A stretch of DNA of 12,550 nt from an uncultured Nitrososphaeraceae archaeon (GTDB lineage Archaea > Thermoproteota > Nitrososphaeria > Nitrososphaerales > Nitrososphaeraceae): positions 1 to 12,550 of the forward strand of contig CAVXZB010000049.1 in NCBI GenBank assembly GCA_963765895.1. The letters run 5' to 3'. The translations under genes were made by a program, and so were the position numbers. A model generated the notes under the pieces. That model was not told the DNA's origin. It worked only from the letters and a program-made list of their open reading frames with translations, and searched no databases. Position 1 is the stretch's first letter, and each line of letters begins with the position of its first letter. Positions 8,668-12,550 of this stretch are shown here, in pieces.

Positions 8668-8675
8668 TTATATTT
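8668..8675 (+). promoter_or_regulatory. TATA box (TTATATTT) for the 47-aa gene
   Basis: Ends 21 nt before the ATG at 8696. Confidence 0.45.
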
Positions 8676-8695
8676 ATCAAGAAAGTATCTAGAGT

Positions 8696-8839
8696 ATGTT
8701 AGAAAATATAGCATATGTAAGTGTTGGATTTGCAACTGCCTTCTTGGCTCTTGAAGCTGCTTGGCACTTCACAGCTTGCAAAATTAAAGACAAATCAATA
8801 AAACCATGTTTATACAAACAAATCGGACTGGTATCATAG
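8696..8839 (+). CDS. 47-aa single-pass membrane microprotein (below the ORF-track cutoff)
   Basis: MLENIAYVSVGFATAFLALEAAWHFTACKIKDKSIKPCLYKQIGLVS*. N-terminal hydrophobic helix, basic tail with His and 2 Cys, intact ATG to TAG, correctly spaced TATA box. Resembles small Nitrososphaeraceae hypothetical proteins as I recall them. Confidence 0.75.
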   Translation: MLENIAYVSVGFATAFLALEAAWHFTACKIKDKSIKPCLYKQIGLVS

Positions 8840-9002
8840 GTGCAATAGGTCTTGTAATTGAGGATAACTAGATAGGACTAATCTCAGCCGTGGATAAATT
8901 TTAGTTCTTATAAAATAATTTAGTAGAACAAAAGAACATTTTATACGACTTTATCAATGTGGAGAATTCATTAAAAGAGCTTTACGTTTCATTTAGGAGT
9001 AG

Positions 9003-9167
9003 GCGCAAAACCTTGCGGTCAATAACATCAACGGAAATAACAATACAATCAATCAACTACAATTACAACAAGAACAATCTGGCAATGGAAATAGTGGCAA
9101 TGGCGGCAATGGTGATAACAGGGGTCAACTACCTCAATGCAAAGCCTTCTGCACAGGAGTTCAGTAA
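9003..9167 (+). pseudogene. 3' fragment of an Asn/Gln/Gly-rich protein gene
   Basis: AQNLAVNNINGNNNTINQLQLQQEQSGNGNSGNGGNGDNRGQLPQCKAFCTGVQ*. Strong compositional bias in this frame; preceded by TAG at 9000-9002 with no start codon. Confidence 0.5.
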
Positions 9168-9300
9168 GTAGTGAGCAGCGGAGATGTCATCTCACTAACA
9201 CTTATCAGTATGTCGGCATTGTTCTAACCTTGCTAATCAGTCCGGTACGCGGAGATGCTTATTGTACTGATTTTCATGAAGGGCTATTGGATGGAGTGCG

Positions 9301-9837
9301 TTGAGAATGTTTCGAGCGCCCTGTCAATTCTGCCACGCAATTGCTATTCTAATACTAATGATAGGCGCGCAGAATGCATATGCAGGTAAGGGATATTGGA
9401 CAGCGAATGACTCAGGTACTCCGGAACATATGGAGACATATCATTTATTTTTGGTTGGGACATATCCTTCATCTAAGTTTATCGGGGCTGAATTGGTAAA
9501 CCAAAATGTTAGGTCTGTTTGGATTTCACCACTAACCGTAACAACTCCGGGGCGGCTGTCTGCCATCCAATAAAGGAGAGTGAAATACCATTAAGAAATG
9601 ATAGCGTAGTAGACGCGGGCTTTTTGGTAGTACCGCGTAGTTTGAACGAAAGTGATGCTAACATATGCGTCCAAGTTGGCTACCGTAATCTGTATTCTTG
9701 CGACCATAATGGGGGGATTTGATCCATATTCCGTGTCTTATCCTAATGACATATACAACGTAGCGCGCGCATATGATTATTGTATTCATAACCATCCGGA
9801 AGATGATCTCAACTGGTGCGTGAGGCAAGTCACTTAG
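9301..9837 (+). pseudogene. Secreted Cys-rich hypothetical protein (about 178 aa), copy A, two frameshifts
   Basis: ORFs 9301-9573, 9519-9722 and 9652-9837 join: signal peptide (...AIAILILMIGAQNAYA)-GKGYW...LTVTT / GAAVCHPIKESEIPLRNDSVVDAGFLVV...ICVQVGYRNLYSCDHN / GGFDPYSVSYPNDIYNVARAYDYCIHNHPEDDLNWCVRQVT*. Indels in G runs near 9550 and at 9711-9716. The join is supported by the paralog at 11872-12215. Confidence 0.75.
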
Positions 9838-10090
9838 GTGATAAGAAAATGAAGTTAACTTATCATGATCACTAAGACTTGCACAATTAGCTAAAGTCAA
9901 TCCAATTTTCGGAGTCGGCTGTTTTCCATCAGAGCGGATTAGACCATTTGGATTCGTTGAAGCCGTTCCCCATTGTTTTGACACTGCAAAGCACTAGAAA
10001 TCATTTCATCTTTCTTACCTTGACAATATGAATCGCTGTACTGAGTCTATATGTGAAAAATGTTAATTAGAAGACTCGATCTGCCTTATT

Positions 10091-11511
10091 ATGATGCATG
10101 AACGGATTAGGGATGGATCTAGTCCTCAGGACATTGGCATTTCTTTCGTAATTAGAATTCGGAGTGACTATACTCCCCTGTCGCTTATGCTATTAATAGC
10201 AAGTACTGTAATTATTACTCCGGTTATAGCTCAACCAATTTTTGCCAAGTTACCGGCACAAAAAGAAAAGGTTGTCCTAACTGCTATTTCCGATCAGGAC
10301 AATAAACCTCCGCTTAATCGAGCACTCACCAATTTGAAAATGATGTATCCAAATTTGGATATTCAATTAAAATATTTAGGGTACCCATACAATCAACTTC
10401 AATCTCAGCTAGTAAAGATGCTGAATCATACAACATCAACAACAACCCCTGGATCCATCGATTTAATAGCCTTGGATCAAATATGGCTCGGAGAGTTTGC
10501 TCAGAAAGGACTCTTGACTGATCTTACAAACTATACCAAGATTTGGGGAAGACAAAATGACTGGTATCAAGAGAATTGGGATGGTGGGATTTATGGTGGA
10601 AAAGTCTATGGAATATGGGCATGGACAGATATCAGAGGAATATGGTACTGGAAAGATCTATTAAGCAAGGCAGATGTTGACCCAGATTCCTTAAAGACTT
10701 GGGATGGATATATTGCAGCAGCAAAAAAACTAAACACAGTTCTTAGACCCCAAGGAATAGAAGGAGTACATCTTACAGGTGCTAGTCATTCTCCTGACTT
10801 ATGGTATCCATATCTTTGGATGCTTGGTGGCCAAATATTGAAGATGAAGTCTGGACATCCCACAAAAGGCAGTTACTGGTTTCCTGCATTTAATAGTACC
10901 TGAAGGTGTAAGAGCTATGAAATTTATTAGGCAGCAAGTCGATGCCGGTATCAAACCACAGAAAAATCACTACTGGGGGCAGGAATTTCTTGATAGAAAG
11001 TTTGCAGTGATGATCGAAGGTTCATGGCTACCCTCATGGCTACCCCAATCCTTTTTTCAAAGACAGTCTGCTAGAGACTTTGAAGGCAAGATTGGTTTTA
11101 TTCCAGCGCTGCCAGTACCATATAAAAATAATAGAACTTCAACGTTGATGGGGGGTTGGGAATTAAGCATTCCTAAGACTTCTAGTCATAAGGAACTTGC
11201 ATGGAAGCTGATTGAATTAATGCTGACGCCAAAGTTACTTCATTCTTTTCTTCTTCAAAATGGATTTCTTCCGACTCAGATATCTATCGGTGAAAGTGAA
11301 TTATTAAATTCAACTGCCTCGTCCTATCCATATTATAAACAATTAGTCTCCATGATTCCATCTGGACTAGCACGACCAGCAATTCCAGAATATCCTCAAA
11401 TTGCAAATAATATTCGACAGGCGATCTACGAAGTTCAATTTGAAAATAAGGATCCTAATCAAGCATTACAAGAGGCAGCTGCCGAAGTCTGCTAAGGAGT
11501 TAGGTTGGTAG
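10091..11511 (+). CDS. ABC transporter solute-binding protein, family 1 (carbohydrate type), about 472 aa, +1 frameshifts near 10900 and 11483
   Basis: N-terminal hydrophobic anchor; DLIALDQIWLGEFAQKGLLTDL; GKVYGIWAWTDIRGIWYWKDLL; KTWDGYIAAAKKL; FNST / EGVRAMKF; AVMIEGSW; GGWELSIPKTSSHKELAWKLI; ARPAIPEYPQI; QALQEAAA / KSAKELGW*. Start position uncertain. Confidence 0.88.
11022..11045 (+). repeat. Perfect 12-bp tandem duplication (TCATGGCTACCC x2) encoding SWLP-SWLP
   Basis: Read directly at 11022-11033 and 11034-11045. Confidence 0.95.
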
Positions 11512-11871
11512 CAGCTAATCATATGTGGCACTTAGGTCATGCACACGTGCAGACTCATCTCCTAGTTACTAACTAAGTAACCCATACAGGGCATGACTAC
11601 AGTCACCATTTTATTTATCATGGCAAACAACATTAGAATCTTGAAAAAGTCTGATTTGATTAGCTCGGAAACAATGTCTTCGATGTACGTTATGAAAAAT
11701 ATCGTATTAAAAACGTTTTCTGGATCGAGAAATCAATGTATAGACTGTCGTCTGGCTAGATAAAAATATGTATGCCTATCGAAAGGCGCGCCAAATCTGA
11801 TATTCTATAGATAATAGTTATTTAGACTACATCTCCAAATGCGCATTCCTTAAATAATGCATGTCAAGTAG

Positions 11872-12215
11872 TTTAATGCCATTTCGTCTATGTCCAAACC
11901 GCTTGCCTGCCATCATATAAAGGAAAGTGAAATATCACAAATTAATGATAGTATACTAGACGTGGGCTATTTCGTAGTGTCAGATAAGCTTAACCTGACT
12001 GCTGCTCTCAGGCCTGTACCCAAACCGGCTATCATAATTGGTATTGGTGTAACAGTCAAACAATACCTGAGGATTACTATTATGCCTCTCCTAAGATCCT
12101 TGGTAGGATAGGACCAACATATGACGATGTTTCTGTAAACGACGCCTGTATTACTGATAATCATTTAAAGGAAGGGACAAAAGACTTTGACTTCTGTACG
12201 AAGATGCTAGGTTAA
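11872..12215 (+). pseudogene. Cys-rich hypothetical protein, copy B: 5'-truncated, frameshifted paralog of 9301-9837
   Basis: FNAISSMSKPLACHHIKESEISQINDSILDVGYFVVSDKLNLTAA / QACTQTGYHNWYWCNSQTIPEDYYYASPKILGRIGPTYDDVSVNDACITDNHLKEGTKDFDFCTKMLG*. Aligns with copy A at 5 Cys. Frameshift near 12007; no signal peptide found upstream. Confidence 0.75.
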
Positions 12216-12224
12216 ATTGGAGAG

Positions 12225-12458
12225 ATGAGAATGAAAACAATAGTAATTAGCGCGCTTGCCATTGTAGTCTTCATGAGCCTAACGGCGTCTGTATTTGCAC
12301 AACTCGGAGCTCCACACTCTAAGAATCCACAATCTGCCTATCAATCAGGTTTCAAATGGGGTGTCCATGATGCACGAGTGACATGCAAGCCAGACTGTCG
12401 TGATGTTTATATATTCCAGCCAAGTAACATCTGCAACATGATTGTTTTACCGAACTAA
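12225..12458 (+). CDS. Secreted hypothetical protein, probably C-terminally truncated
   Basis: Clear signal peptide (MRMKTIVISALAIVVFMSLTASVFA-Q), GGAGAG immediately upstream, mature part YQSGFKWGVHDARVTCKPDCRDVYIFQP. Related Nitrososphaeraceae proteins I recall continue further after YIxQP. Confidence 0.7.
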   Translation: MRMKTIVISALAIVVFMSLTASVFAQLGAPHSKNPQSAYQSGFKWGVHDARVTCKPDCRDVYIFQPSNICNMIVLPN

Positions 12459-12483
12459 GACTACAGTATAATCTTAGATAGAC

Positions 12484-12540
12484 TTTGGTAGTATAAGCAT
12501 TTTTAATGCGACATAGGTTCAGATTTTTTATACTACCAGA
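12484..12540. repeat. Inverted repeat with 11-bp perfect arms (12 of 13 bp when extended) and a 31-nt spacer
   Basis: TGGTAGTATAA at 12486-12496 and TTATACTACCA at 12528-12538; inner hairpin GCATT-TTT-AATGC at 12497-12509. Confidence 0.8.
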
Positions 12541-12550
12541 AACAAAAGTC

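Noticed and set aside
8959-9171. 70-aa plus-strand ORF
   Set aside because: Out-of-frame reading of the Asn/Gln/Gly-rich fragment at 9003-9167.
9322-9336. CxxCH (CQFCH) heme-binding motif
   Set aside because: It lies inside the signal peptide. The neighbouring frame reads ALSILP, which fits a signal peptide better, so compensating indels or chance explain it.
9658-9984. 108-aa minus-strand ORF (the same applies to 11967-12164)
   Set aside because: Largely antisense to the Cys-rich paralogs. The non-overlapping 9840-9984 part could be a gene remnant, but I cannot identify it.
10898-10904. ACC-TGA-A as an antizyme/prfB-like programmed +1 frameshift
   Set aside because: One extra C in ACT GAA explains it, and the same gene has a second similar +1 indel near 11483.
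11593-11763. 56-aa plus-strand ORF (MTTVTILFIM...)
   Set aside because: No motif or promoter support; an equally uninformative frame is open on the opposite strand.
1-12550. CRISPR array, tRNA, rRNA, intact IS element or defence system
   Set aside because: No regularly spaced repeats, cloverleaf motifs or complete transposase/integrase seen. The helicase motifs are Hef-type, not Cas3 or restriction-type.

Overview
AT-rich archaeal DNA. The gene content, signal-peptide style and TATA boxes about 20 nt before start codons suggest a soil Nitrososphaeraceae (Thaumarchaeota) genome; this is an inference. The centre holds an intact, divergent Hsp20 gene (5465-6043) and a Hef/FANCM-family SF2 helicase (6192-8451, one +1 frameshift). 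The helicase C-terminus looks like winged-helix plus OB-fold rather than an ERCC4 nuclease. An unannotated 47-aa membrane protein follows (8696-8839). The left arm (1-5020) is disrupted accessory DNA: a SWIM zinc-finger/transposase-like remnant, two low-complexity secreted-protein genes, a PriX-like fragment, a small helical protein resembling the PolB2-associated family, and a split surface protein (7-bladed YVTN propeller, Ig-like domain, RTX repeats). The right arm has an orphan sugar-type ABC solute-binding protein flanked by two paralogous Cys-rich protein genes, plus other secreted-protein fragments. Most ORF-track entries are fragments or antisense shadows. I reconstruct about 18 small indels and 4 in-frame TAA stops. 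The sequence alone cannot separate real decay from sequencing error. No rRNA, tRNA or CRISPR array was seen.
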